From Euprymna scolopes (taxonomy: Eukaryota): a stretch of DNA of 64,000 nucleotides. Under the pieces are notes generated by a model, which saw only the letters and a list, made by a program, of their open reading frames with translations, made no database searches and was not told the origin of the DNA. The stretch lies in NCBI GenBank assembly GCA_053919585.1, contig CM132802.1; one strand, given 5' to 3'. Below are positions 26,331-39,100 of the stretch, piece after piece; the stretch's first letter is position 1, and the number at the start of each line of letters is the position of its first letter. Both the position numbers and the translations under genes were made by a program.

Positions 26331-29300
26331 TAGAAAGTTAAAAATTTTATTAAGTTCATCAGCAACCTACATTTGAAAGTTAAAAATTTGATTAAGTTCA
26401 TTAACAACCTACAGTTGAAAGTTAAAAATTTGATTAAGTTCATTAACAACCTACATTTGAAAGTTAAAAATTTGATTAAGTTCATCAGCAACCTACATTT
26501 GAAAGTTAAAAATTTGATTAAGTTCATCAGCAACCTACATTTGAAAGTTAAAAATTTGATTAAGTTCATTAGCAACCTACATTTGAAAGTTAAAAATTTG
26601 ATTAAGTTCATCAGCAACCTACAGTTGAAAGTTAAAAATTTGATTAAGTTCATTAACAACCTACATTTGAAAGTTAAAAATTTGATTAAGTTCATCAGCA
26701 ACCTACATTTGAAAGTTAAAAATTTGATTAAGTTCATTAACAACCTACAGTTGAAAGTTAAAAATTTGATTAAGTTCATTAGCAACCTACATTTGAAAGT
26801 TAAAAATTTGATTAAGTTCATTAACAACCTACAGTTGAAAGTTAAAAATTTGATTAAGTTCATTAGCAACCTACATTTGAAAGTTAAAAATTTGATTAAG
26901 TTCATTAACAACCTACATTTGAAAGTTAAAAATTTGATTAAGTTCATCAGCAACCTACAGTTGAAAGTTAAAAATTTGATTAAGTTCATCAGCAACCTAC
27001 ATTTGAAAGTTAAAAATTTGATTAAGTTCATTAGCAACCTACATTTGAAAGTTAAAAATTTGATTAAGTTCATTAACAACCTACATTTGAAAGTTAAAAA
27101 TTTGATTAAGTTCATCAGCAACCTACAGTTGAAAGTTAAAAATTTGATTAAGTTCATTAACAACCTACAGTTGAAAGTTAAAAATTTGATTAAGTTCATC
27201 AGCAACCTACAGTTGAAAGTTAAAAATTTGATTAAGTTCATTAACAACCTACAGTTGAAAGTTAAAAATTTGATTAAGTTCATTAACAACCTACATTTGA
27301 AAGTTAAAAATTTGATTAAGTTCATTAACAACCTACATTTGAAAGTTAAAAATTTGATTAAGTTCATTAACAACCTACAGTTGAAAGTTAAAAATTTGAT
27401 AAGTTCATTAGCAACCTACAGTTGAAAGTTAAAAATTTGATTAAGTTCATTAACAACCTACATTTGAAAGTTAAAAATTTGATTAAGTTCATCAGCAACC
27501 TACATTTGAAAGTTAAAAATTTGATTAAGTTCATTAACAACCTACAGTTGAAAGTTAAAAATTTGATTAAGTTCATTAGCAACCTACAGTTGAAAGTTAA
27601 AAATTTGATTAAGTTCATCAGCAACCTACAGTTGAAAGTTAAAAATTTGATTAAGTTCATCAGCAACCTACATTTGAAAGTTAAAAATTTGATTAAGTTC
27701 ATCAGCAACCTACATTTGAAAGTTAAAAATTTGATTAAGTTCATTAACAACCTACATTTGAAAGTTAAAAATTTGATTAAGTTCATCAGCAACCTACATT
27801 TGAAAGTTAAAAATTTGATTAAGTTCATTAACAACCTACATTTGAAAGTTAAAAATTTGATTAAGTTCATTAGCAACCTACATTTGAAAGTTAAAAATTT
27901 GATTAAGTTCATTAACAACCTACATTTGAAAGTTAAAAATTTGATTAAGTTCATCAGCAACCTACAGTTGAAAGTTAAAAATTTGATTAAGTTCATTAGC
28001 AACCTACATTTGAAAGTTAAAAATTTGATTAAGTTCATCAGCAACCTACATTTGAAAGTTAAAAATTTGATTAAGTTCATTAGCAACCTACATTTGAAAG
28101 TTAAAAATTTGATTAAGTTCATTAGCAACCTACATTTGAAAGTTAAAAATTTGATTAAGTTCATTAGCAACCTACATTTGAAAGTTAAAAATTTGATTAA
28201 GTTCATCAGCAACCTACATTTGAAAGTTAAAAATTTGATTAAGTTCATTAACAACCTACATTTGAAAGTTAAAAATTTGATTAAGTTCATTAACAACCTA
28301 CATTTGAAAGTTAAAAATTTGATTAAGTTCATTAGCAACCTACATTTGAAAGTTAAAAATTTGATTAAGTTCATTAGCAACCTACATTTGAAAGTTAAAA
28401 ATTTGATTAAGTTCATCAGCAACCTACATTTGAAAGTTAAAAATTTGATTAAGTTCATTAACAACCTACATTTGAAAGTTAAAAATTTGATTAAGTTCAT
28501 TAACAACCTACATTTGAAAGTTAAAAATTTGATTAAGTTCATCAGCAACCTACATTTGAAAGTTAAAAATTTGATTAAGTTCATTAGCAACCTACATTTG
28601 AAAGTTAAAAATTTGATTAAGTTCATTAACAACCTACATTTGAAAGTTAAAAATTTGATTAAGTTCATCAGCAACCTACAGTTGAAAGTTAAAAATTTGA
28701 TTAAGTTCATTAACAACCTACAGTTGAAAGTTAAAAATTTGATTAAGTTCATCAGCAACCTACAGTTGAAAGTTAAAAATTTGATTAAGTTCATTAACAA
28801 CCTACAGTTGAAAGTTAAAAATTTGATTAAGTTCATTAACAACCTACATTTGAAAGTTAAAAATTTGATTAAGTTCATTAACAACCTACATTTGAAAGTT
28901 AAAAATTTGATTAAGTTCATTAACAACCTACAGTTGAAAGTTAAAAATTTGATAAGTTCATTAGCAACCTACAGTTGAAAGTTAAAAATTTGATTAAGTT
29001 CATTAACAACCTACATTTGAAAGTTAAAAATTTGATTAAGTTCATCAGCAACCTACATTTGAAAGTTAAAAATTTGATTAAGTTCATTAACAACCTACAG
29101 TTGAAAGTTAAAAATTTGATTAAGTTCATTAGCAACCTACAGTTGAAAGTTAAAAATTTGATTAAGTTCATCAGCAACCTACAGTTGAAAGTTAAAAATT
29201 TGATTAAGTTCATCAGCAACCTACATTTGAAAGTTAAAAATTTGATTAAGTTCATCAGCAACCTACAGTTGAAAGTTAAAAATTTGATTAAGTTCATTAA

Positions 29301-32300
29301 CAACCTACATTTGAAAGTTAAAAATTTGATTAAGTTCATTAACAACCTACATTTGAAAGTTAAAAATTTGATTAAGTTCATCAGCAACCTACATTTGAAA
29401 GTTAAAAATTTGATTAAGTTCATTAACAACCTACATTTGAAAGTTAAAAATTTGATTAAGTTCATTAGCAACCTACATTTGAAAGTTAAAAATTTGATTA
29501 AGTTCATTAACAACCTACATTTGAAAGTTAAAAATTTGATTAAGTTCATCAGCAACCTACAGTTGAAAGTTAAAAATTTGATTAAGTTCATTAGCAACCT
29601 ACATTTGAAAGTTAAAAATTTGATTAAGTTCATCAGCAACCTACATTTGAAAGTTAAAAATTTGATTAAGTTCATTAGCAACCTACATTTGAAAGTTAAA
29701 AATTTGATTAAGTTCATTAGCAACCTACATTTGAAAGTTAAAAATTTGATTAAGTTCATCAGCAACCTACATTTGAAAGTTAAAAATTTGATTAAGTTCA
29801 TTAACAACCTACATTTGAAAGTTAAAAATTTGATTAAGTTCATTAACAACCTACATTTGAAAGTTAAAAATTTGATTAAGTTCATCAGCAACCTACATTT
29901 GAAAGTTAAAAATTTGATTAAGTTCATTAGCAACCTACATTTGAAAGTTAAAAATTTGATTAAGTTCATTAACAACCTACATTTGAAAGTTAAAAATTTG
30001 ATTAAGTTCATCAGCAACCTACAGTTGAAAGTTAAAAATTTGATTAAGTTCATTAACAACCTACAGTTGAAAGTTAAAAATTTGATTAAGTTCATCAGCA
30101 ACCTACATTTGAAAGTTAAAAATTTGATTAAGTTCATTAGCAACCTACATTTGAAAGTTAAAAATTTGATTAAGTTCATCAGCAACCTACATTTGAAAGT
30201 TAAAAATTTGATTAAGTTCATTAGCAACCTACATTTGAAAGTTAAAAATTTGATTAAGTTCATTAACAACCTACATTTGAAAGTTAAAAATTTGATTAAG
30301 TTCATCAGCAACCTACAGTTGAAAGTTAAAAATTTGATTAAGTTCATTAACAACCTACAGTTGAAAGTTAAAAATTTGATTAAGTTCATCAGCAACCTAC
30401 ATTTGAAAGTTAAAAATTTGATTAAGTTCATTAACAACCTACAGTTGAAAGTTAAAAATTTGATTAAGTTCATCAGCAACCTACAGTTGAAAGTTAAAAA
30501 TTTGATTAAGTTCATCAGCAACCTACAGTTGAAAGTTAAAAATTTGATTAAGTTCATCAGCAACCTACATTTGAAAGTTAAAAATTTGATTAAGTTCATC
30601 AGCAACCTACAGTTGAAAGTTAAAAATTTGATTAAGTTCATTAACAACCTACAGTTGAAAGTTAAAAATTTGATTAAGTTCATCAGCAACCTACAGTTGA
30701 AAGTTAAAAATTTGATTAAGTTCATCAGCAACCTACAGTTGAAAGTTAAAAATTTGATTAAGTTCATCAGCAACCTACATTTGAAAGTTAAAAATTTGAT
30801 TAAGTTCATTAGCAACCTACAGTTGAAAGTTAAAAATTTGATTAAGTTCATTAGCAACCTACAGTTGAAAGTTAAAAATTTGATTAAGTTCATTAGCAAC
30901 CTACATTTGAAAGTTAAAAATTTGATTAAGTTCATCAGCAACCTACAGTTGAAAGTTAAAAATTTGATTAAGTTCATCAGCAACCTACATTTGAAAGTTA
31001 AAAATTTGATTATGTTCATTAGCAACCTACAGTTGAAAGTTAAAAATTTGATTAAGTTCATCAGCAACCTACATTTGAAAGTTAAAAATTTGATTAAGTT
31101 CATTAGCAACCTACATTTGAAAGTTAAAAATTTGATTAAGTTCATCAGCAACCTACAGTTGAAAGTTAAAAATTTGATTAAGTTCATTAGCAACCTACAT
31201 TTGAAAGTTAAAAATTTGATTAAGTTCATTAGCAACCTACAGTTGAAAGTTAAAAATTTGATTAAGTTCATTAGCAACCTACATTTGAAAGTTAAAAATT
31301 TGATTAAGTTCATTAGCAACCTACAGTTGAAAGTTAAAAATTTGATTAAGTTCATTAGCAACCTACAGTTGAAAGTTAAAAATTTGATTAAGTTCATTAG
31401 CAACCTACAGTTGAAAGTTAAAAATTTGATTAAGTTCATTAGCAACCTACATTTGAAAGTTAAAAATTTGATTAAGTTCATCAGCAACCTACAGTTGAAA
31501 GTTAAAAATTTGATTAAGTTCATCAGCAACCTACATTTGAAAGTTAAAAATTTGATTAAGTTCATTAGCAACCTACAGTTGAAAGTTAAAAATTTGATTA
31601 AGTTCATCAGCAACCTACATTTGAAAGTTAAAAATTTGATTAAGTTCATTAGCAACCTACAGTTGAAAGTTAAAAATTTGATTAAGTTCATTAGCAACCT
31701 ACAGTTGAAAGTTAAAAATTTGATTAAGTTCATCAGCAACCTACAGTTGAAAGTTAAAAATTTGATTAAGTTCATCAGCAACCTACATTTGAAAGTTAAA
31801 AATTTGATTAAGTTCATTAGCAACCTACAGTTGAAAGTTAAAAATTTGATTAAGTTCATTAGCAACCTACAGTTGAAAGTTAAAAATTTGATTAAGTTCA
31901 TCAGCAACCTACATTTGAAAGTTAAAAATTTGATTAAGTTCATTAGCAACCTACAGTTGAAAGTTAAAAATTTGATTAAGTTCATCAGCAACCTACAGTT
32001 GAAAGTTAAAAATTTGATTAAGTTCATCAGCAACCTACAGTTGAAAGTTAAAAATTTGATTAAGTTCATCAGCAACCTACATTTGAAAGTTAAAAATTTG
32101 ATTAAGTTCATTAGCAACCTACAGTTGAAAGTTAAAAATTTGATTAAGTTCATTAGCAACCTACAGTTGAAAGTTAAAAATTTGATTAAGTTCATTAACA
32201 ACCTACAGTTGAAAGTTAAAAATTTGATTAAGTTCATTAACAACCTACATTTGAAAGTTAAAAATTTGATTAAGTTCATCAGCAACCTACATTTGAAAGT

Positions 32301-33150
32301 TAAAAATTTGATTAAGTTCATTAGCAACCTACAGTTGAAAGTTAAAAATTTGATTAAGTTCATCAGCAACCTACAGTTGAAAGTTAAAAATTTGATTAAG
32401 TTCATTAGCAACCTACAGTTGAAAGTTAAAAATTTGATTAAGTTCATTAGCAACCTACAGTTGAAAGTTAAAAATTTGATTAAGTTCATTAGCAACCTAC
32501 ATTTGAAAGTTAAAAATTTGATTAAGTTCATCAGCAACCTACAGTTGAAAGTTAAAAATTTGATTAAGTTCATCAGCAACCTACATTTGAAAGTTAAAAA
32601 TTTGATTAAGTTCATTAGCAACCTACAGTTGAAAGTTAAAAATTTGATTAAGTTCATTAACAACCTACATTTGAAAGTTAAAAATTTGATTAAGTTCATC
32701 AGCAACCTACATTTGAAAGTTAAAAATTTGATTAAGTTCATTAGCAACCTACAGTTGAAAGTTAAAAATTTGATTAAGTTCATTAGCAACCTACAGTTGA
32801 AAGTTAAAAATTTGATTAAGTTCATTAGCAACCTACATTTGAAAGTTAAAAATTTGATTAAGTTCATCAGCAACCTACAGTTGAAAGTTAAAAATTTGAT
32901 TAAGTTCATCAGCAACCTACATTTGAAAGTTAAAAATTTGATTAAGTTCATTAGCAACCTACAGTTGAAAGTTAAAAATTTGATTAAGTTCATCAGCAAC
33001 CTACATTTGAAAGTTAAAAATTTGATTAAGTTCATTAGCAACCTACAGTTGAAAGTTAAAAATTTGATTAAGTTCATTAGCAACCTACAGTTGAAAGTTA
33101 AAAATTTGATTAAGTTCATTAGCAACCTACATTTGAAAGTTAAAAATTTG
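26331..33150. repeat. Satellite domain C: block enriched in the acaTttgaaag variant, with a 37-mer (1553 bp) duplication
   Basis: The private deletion gataagtt occurs at about 27398 and 28951, 1553 apart (37x42-1). There is a run of 16 consecutive caT monomers at about 27970-28640. The B/C boundary is gradual (about 24-26.3 kb). Confidence 0.75.
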
Positions 33151-36100
33151 ATTACTTCATCAGCAACCTACAGTTGAAAGTTAAAAATTTGATTAAGTTC
33201 ATTAGCAACCTACAGTTGAAAGTTAAAAATTTGATTAGTTCATCAGCAACCTACAGTTAAAAGTTAAAAATTTGATTAAGTTCATTAGCAACCTACAGTT
33301 GAAAGTTAAAAATTTGATTAAGTTCATTAGCAACCTACAGTTGAAAGTTAAAAATTTGATTAAGTTCATCAGCAACCTACATTTGAAAGTTAAAAATTTG
33401 ATTAAGTTCATTAGCAACCTACAGTTGAAAGTTAAAAATTTGATTAAGTTCATCAGCAACCTACAGTTGAAAGTTAAAAATTTGATTAAGTTCATCAGCA
33501 ACCTACAGTTGAAAGTTAAAAATTTGATTAAGTTCATTAGCAACCTACAGTTGAAAGTTAAAAATTTGATTAAGTTCATCAGCAACCTACAGTTGAAAGT
33601 TAAAAATTTGATTAAGTTCATTAACAACCTACAGTTGGAAGTTAAAAATTTGATTAAGTTCATCAGCAACCTGCAGTTGAAAGTTAAAAATTTGATTAAG
33701 TTCATTAGCAACCTACAGTTGAAAGTTAAAAATTTGATTAAGTTCATTAGCAACCTACAGTTGAAAGTTAAAAATTTGATTAAGTTCATTAGCAACCTAC
33801 AGTTGAAAGTTAAAAATTTGATTAAGTTCATCAGCAACCTACAGTTGAAAGTTAAAAATTTGATTAAGTTCATTAGCAACCTACAGTTGAAAGTTAAAAA
33901 TTTGATTAGTTCATTAACAACCTACAGTTGAAAGTTAAAAATTTGATAAAGTTCATTAGCAACCTACAGTTGAAAGTTAAAAATTTGATTAAGTTCATTA
34001 GCAACCTACAGTTGAAAGTTAAAAATTTGATTAAGTTCATCAGCAACCTACAGTTGAAAGTTAAAAATTTGATTAAGTTCATTAGCAACCTACAGTTGAA
34101 AGTTAAAAATTTGATTAGTTCATTAACAACCTACATTTGAAAGTTAAAAATTTGATAAAGTTCATTAGCAACCTACAGTTGAAAGTTAAAAATTTGATTA
34201 AGTTCATTAGCAACCTACAGTTGAAAGTTAAAAATTTGATTAAGTTCATCAGCAACCTACAGTTGAAAGTTAAAAATTTGATTAAGTTCATTAGCAACCT
34301 ACAGTTGAAAGTTAAAAATTTGATTAAGTTCATTAGCAACCTACAGTTGAAAGTTAAAAATTTGATTAAGTTCATTAACAACCTACAGTTGGAAGTTAAA
34401 AATTTGATTAAGTTCATCAGCAACCTACAGTTGAAAGTTAAAAATTTGATTAAGTTCATTAGCAACCTACAGTTGAAAGTTAAAAATTTGATTAAGTTCA
34501 TTAGCAACCTACAGTTGAAAGTTAAAAATTTGATTAAGTTCATTAGCAACCTACAGTTGAAAGTTAAAAATTTGATTAAGTTCATCAGCAACCTACAGTT
34601 GAAAGTTAAAAATTTGATTAAGTTCATTAGCAACCTACAGTTGAAAGTTAAAAATTTGATTAGTTCATTAACAACCTACAGTTGAAAGTTAAAAATTTGA
34701 TAAAGTTCATTAGCAACCTACAGTTTAAAGTTAAAAATTTGATTAAGTTCATTAGCAACCTACAGTTGAAAGTTAAAAATTTGATTAAGTTCATCAGCAA
34801 CCTACAGTTGAAAGTTAAAAATTTGATTAAGTTCATTAGCAACCTACAGTTGAAAGTTAAAAATTTGATTAGTTCATTAACAACCTACAGTTGAAAGTTA
34901 AAAATTTGATAAAGTTCATTAGCAACCTACAGTTGAAAGTTAAAAATTTGATTAAGTTCATTAGCAACCTACAGTTGAAAGTTAAAAATTTGATTAAGTT
35001 CATCAGCAACCTACAGTTGAAAGTTAAAAATTTGATTAAGTTCATTAGCAACCTACAGTTGGAAGTTAAAAATTTGATTAAGTTCATCAGCAACCTACAG
35101 TTGAAAGTTAAAAATTTGATTAAGTTCATTAGCAACCTACAGTTGAAAGTTAAAAATTTGATTAAGTTCATTAGCAACCTACAGTTGAAAGTTAAAAATT
35201 TTATTAAGTTCATCAGCAACCCACAGTTGAAAGTTAAAAATTTGATTAAGTTCATCAGCAACCTACAGTTGAAAGTTAAAAATTTGATTAAGTTCATTAG
35301 CAACCTACAGTTGAAAGTTAAAAATTTGATTAAGTTCATCAGCAACCTACAGTTGAAAGTTAAAAATTTGATTAAGTTCATTAGCAACCTACAGTTGAAA
35401 GTTAAAAATTTGATTAGTTCATTAACAACCTACAGTTGAAAGTTAAAAATTTGATAAAGTTCATTAGCAACCTACAGTTGAAAGTTAAAAATTTGATTAA
35501 GTTCATTAGCAACCTACAGTTGAAAGTTAAAAATTTGATTAAGTTCATCAGCAACCTACAGTTGAAAGTTAAAAATTTGATTAAGTTCATTAGCAACCTA
35601 CAGTTGAAAGTTAAAAATTTGATTAGTTCATTAACAACCTACATTTGAAAGTTAAAAATTTGATAAAGTTCATTAGCAACCTACAGTTGAAAGTTAAAAA
35701 TTTGATTAAGTTCATTAGCAACCTACAGTTGAAAGTTAAAAATTTGATTAAGTTCATCAGCAACCTACAGTTGAAAGTTAAAAATTTGATTAAGTTCATT
35801 AGCAACCTACAGTTGAAAGTTAAAAATTTTATTAAGTTCATCAGCAACCTACAGTTGAAAGTTAAAAATTTGATTAAGTTCATCAGCAACCTACAGTTGA
35901 AAGTTAAAAATTTGATTAAGTTCATCAGCAACCTACAGTTGAAAGTTAAAAATTTGATTAAGTTCATTAGCAACCTACAGTTGAAAGTTAAAAATTTGAT
36001 TAGTTTTAACAACCTACAGTTGAAAGTTAAAAATTTGATAAAGTTCATTAGCAACCTACAGTTGAAAGTTAAAAATTTGATTAAGTTCATTAGCAACCTA

Positions 36101-39100
36101 CAGTTGAAAGTTAAAAATTTTATTAAGTTCATCAGCAACCTACAGTTGAAAGTTAAAAATTTGATTAAGTTCATTAGCAACCTACAGTTGAAAGTTAAAA
36201 ATTTGATTAGTTCATTAACAACCTACAGTTGAAAGTTAAAAATTTGATAAAGTTCATTAGCAACCTACAGTTGAAAGTTAAAAATTTGATTAAGTTCATT
36301 AGCAACCTACAGTTGAAAGTTAAAAATTTGATTAAGTTCATCAGCAACCTACAGTTGAAAGTTAAAAATTTGATTAAGTTCATTAGCAACCTACAGTTGA
36401 AAGTTAAAAATTTGATTAAGTTCATCAGCAACCTACATTTGAAAGTTAAAAATTTGATTAAGTTCATTAGCAACCCACAGTTGAAAGTTCAAAATTTGAT
36501 TAAGTTCATTAACAACCTACAGTTGAAAGTTAAAAATTTGATTAAGTTCATTAACAACCCACAGTTGAAAGTTAAAAATTTGATTAAGTTCATTAACAAC
36601 CTACATTTGAAAGTTAAAAATTTGATTAAGTTCATTAACAACCTACATTTGAAAGTTAAAAATTTGATTAAGTTCATTAACAACCCACAGTTGAAAGTTA
36701 AAAATTTGATTAAGTTCATTAACAACCTACATTTGAAAGTTAAAAATTTGATTAAGTTCATCAGCAACCCACAGTTGAAAGTTCAAAATTTGATTAAGTT
36801 CATTAACAACCTACAGTTGAAAGTTAAAAATTTGATTAAGTTCATTAACAACCTACAGTTGAAAGTTAAAAATTTGATTAAGTTCATTAACAACCTACAG
36901 TTGAAAGTTAAAAATTTGATTAAGTTCATTAACAACCTACAGTTGAAAGTTAAAAATTTGATTAAGTTCATCAGCAACCTACATTTGAAAGTTAAAAATT
37001 TGATTAAGTTCATTAGCAACCCACAGTTGAAAGTTCAAAATTTGATTAAGTTCATTAACAACCTACAGTTGAAAGTTAAAAATTTGATTAAGTTCATTAA
37101 CAACCTACATTTGAAAGTTAAAAATTTGATTAAGTTCATTAACAACCTACAGTTGAAAGTTAAAAATTTGATTAAGTTCATTAACAACCTACATTTGAAA
37201 GTTAAAAATTTGATTAAGTTCATCAGCAACCCACAGTTGAAAGTTCAAAATTTGATTAAGTTCATTAACAACCTACAGTTGAAAGTTAAAAATTTGATTA
37301 AGTTCATTAACAACCTACAGTTGAAAGTTAAAAATTTGATTAAGTTCATTAACAACCTACAGTTGAAAGTTAAAAATTTGATTAAGTTCATCAGCAACCT
37401 ACATTTGAAAGTTAAAAATTTGATTAAGTTCATTAGCAACCTCCAGTTGAAAGTTCAAAATTTGATTAAGTTCATTAACAACCTACAGTTGAAAGTTAAA
37501 AATTTGATTAAGTTCATTAACAACCTACATTTGAAAGTTAAAAATTTGATTAAGTTCATTAACAACCTACAGTTGAAAGTTAAAAATTTGATTAAGTTCA
37601 TTAACAACCTACATTTGAAAGTTAAAAATTTGATTAAGTTCATCAGCAACCCACAGTTGAAAGTTCAAAATTTGATTAAGTTCATTAACAACCTACAGTT
37701 GAAAGTTAAAAATTTGATTAAGTTCATTAACAACCTACAGTTGAAAGTTAAAAATTTGATTAAGTTCATTAGCAACCTACAGTTGAAAGTTAAAAATTTT
37801 ATTAAGTTCATCAGCAACCCACAGTTGAAAGTTAAAAATTTGATTAAGTTCATTAACAACCTACAGTTGAAAGTTAAAAATTTGATTAAGTTCATCAGCA
37901 ACCTACATTTGAAAGTTAAAAATTTGATTAAGTTCATTAGCAACCCACAGTTGAAAGTTCAAAATTTGATTAAGTTCATTAACAACCTACAGTTGAAAGT
38001 TAAAAATTTGATTAAGTTCATTAACAACCTACAGTTGAAAGTTAAAAATTTGATTAAGTTCATTAGCAACCTACAGTTGAAAGTTAAAAATTTTATTAAG
38101 TTCATCAGCAACCCACAGTTGAAAGTTAAAAATTTGATTAAGTTCATTAACAACCTACAGTTGAAAGTTAAAAATTTGATTAAGTTCATTAACAACCTAC
38201 AGTTGAAAGTTAAAAATTTGATTAAGTTCATTAACAACCTACAGTTGAAAGTTAAAAATTTGATTAAGTTCATTAACAACCTACAGTTGAAAGTTAAAAA
38301 TTTGATTAAGTTCATCAGCAACCTACATTTGAAAGTTAAAAATTTGATTAAGTTCATTAGCAACCCACAGTTGAAAGTTCAAAATTTGATTAAGTTCATT
38401 AACAACCTACAGTTGAAAGTTAAAAATTTGATTAAGTTCATTAACAACCTACAGTTGAAAGTTAAAAATTTGATTAAGTTCATTAGCAACCTACAGTTGA
38501 AAGTTAAAAATTTTATTAAGTTCATCAGCAACCCACAGTTGAAAGTTAAAAATTTGATTAAGTTCATTAACAACCTACAGTTGAAAGTTAAAAATTTGAT
38601 TAAGTTCATCAGCAACCTACATTTGAAAGTTAAAAATTTGATTAAGTTCATTAGCAACCCACAGTTGAAAGTTCAAAATTTGATTAAGTTCATCAGCAAC
38701 CCACAGTTGAAAGTTAAAAATTTGATTAAGTTCATTAACAACCTACAGTTGAAAGTTAAAAATTTGATTAAGTTCATTAACAACCTACAGTTGAAAGTTA
38801 AAAATTTGATTAAGTTCATTAACAACCTACAGTTGAAAGTTAAAAATTTGATTAAGTTCATTAACAACCTACAGTTGAAAGTTAAAAATTTGATTAAGTT
38901 CATTAACAACCTACAGTTGAAAGTTAAAAATTTGATTAAGTTCATTAACAACCTACAGTTGAAAGTTAAAAATTTGATTAAGTTCATTAACAACCTACAG
39001 TTGAAAGTTAAAAATTTGATTAAGTTCATCAGCAACCTACAGTTGAAAGTTAAAAATTTGATTAAGTTCATTAGCAACCTACAGTTGAAAGTTCAAAATT

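Noticed and set aside
7621-33150. Variant order as an information-bearing code or a programmed diversification cassette
   Set aside because: The order is explained by nested tandem duplications with exact multiples-of-42 offsets. No recombinase, reverse transcriptase or expression site is present in the window.
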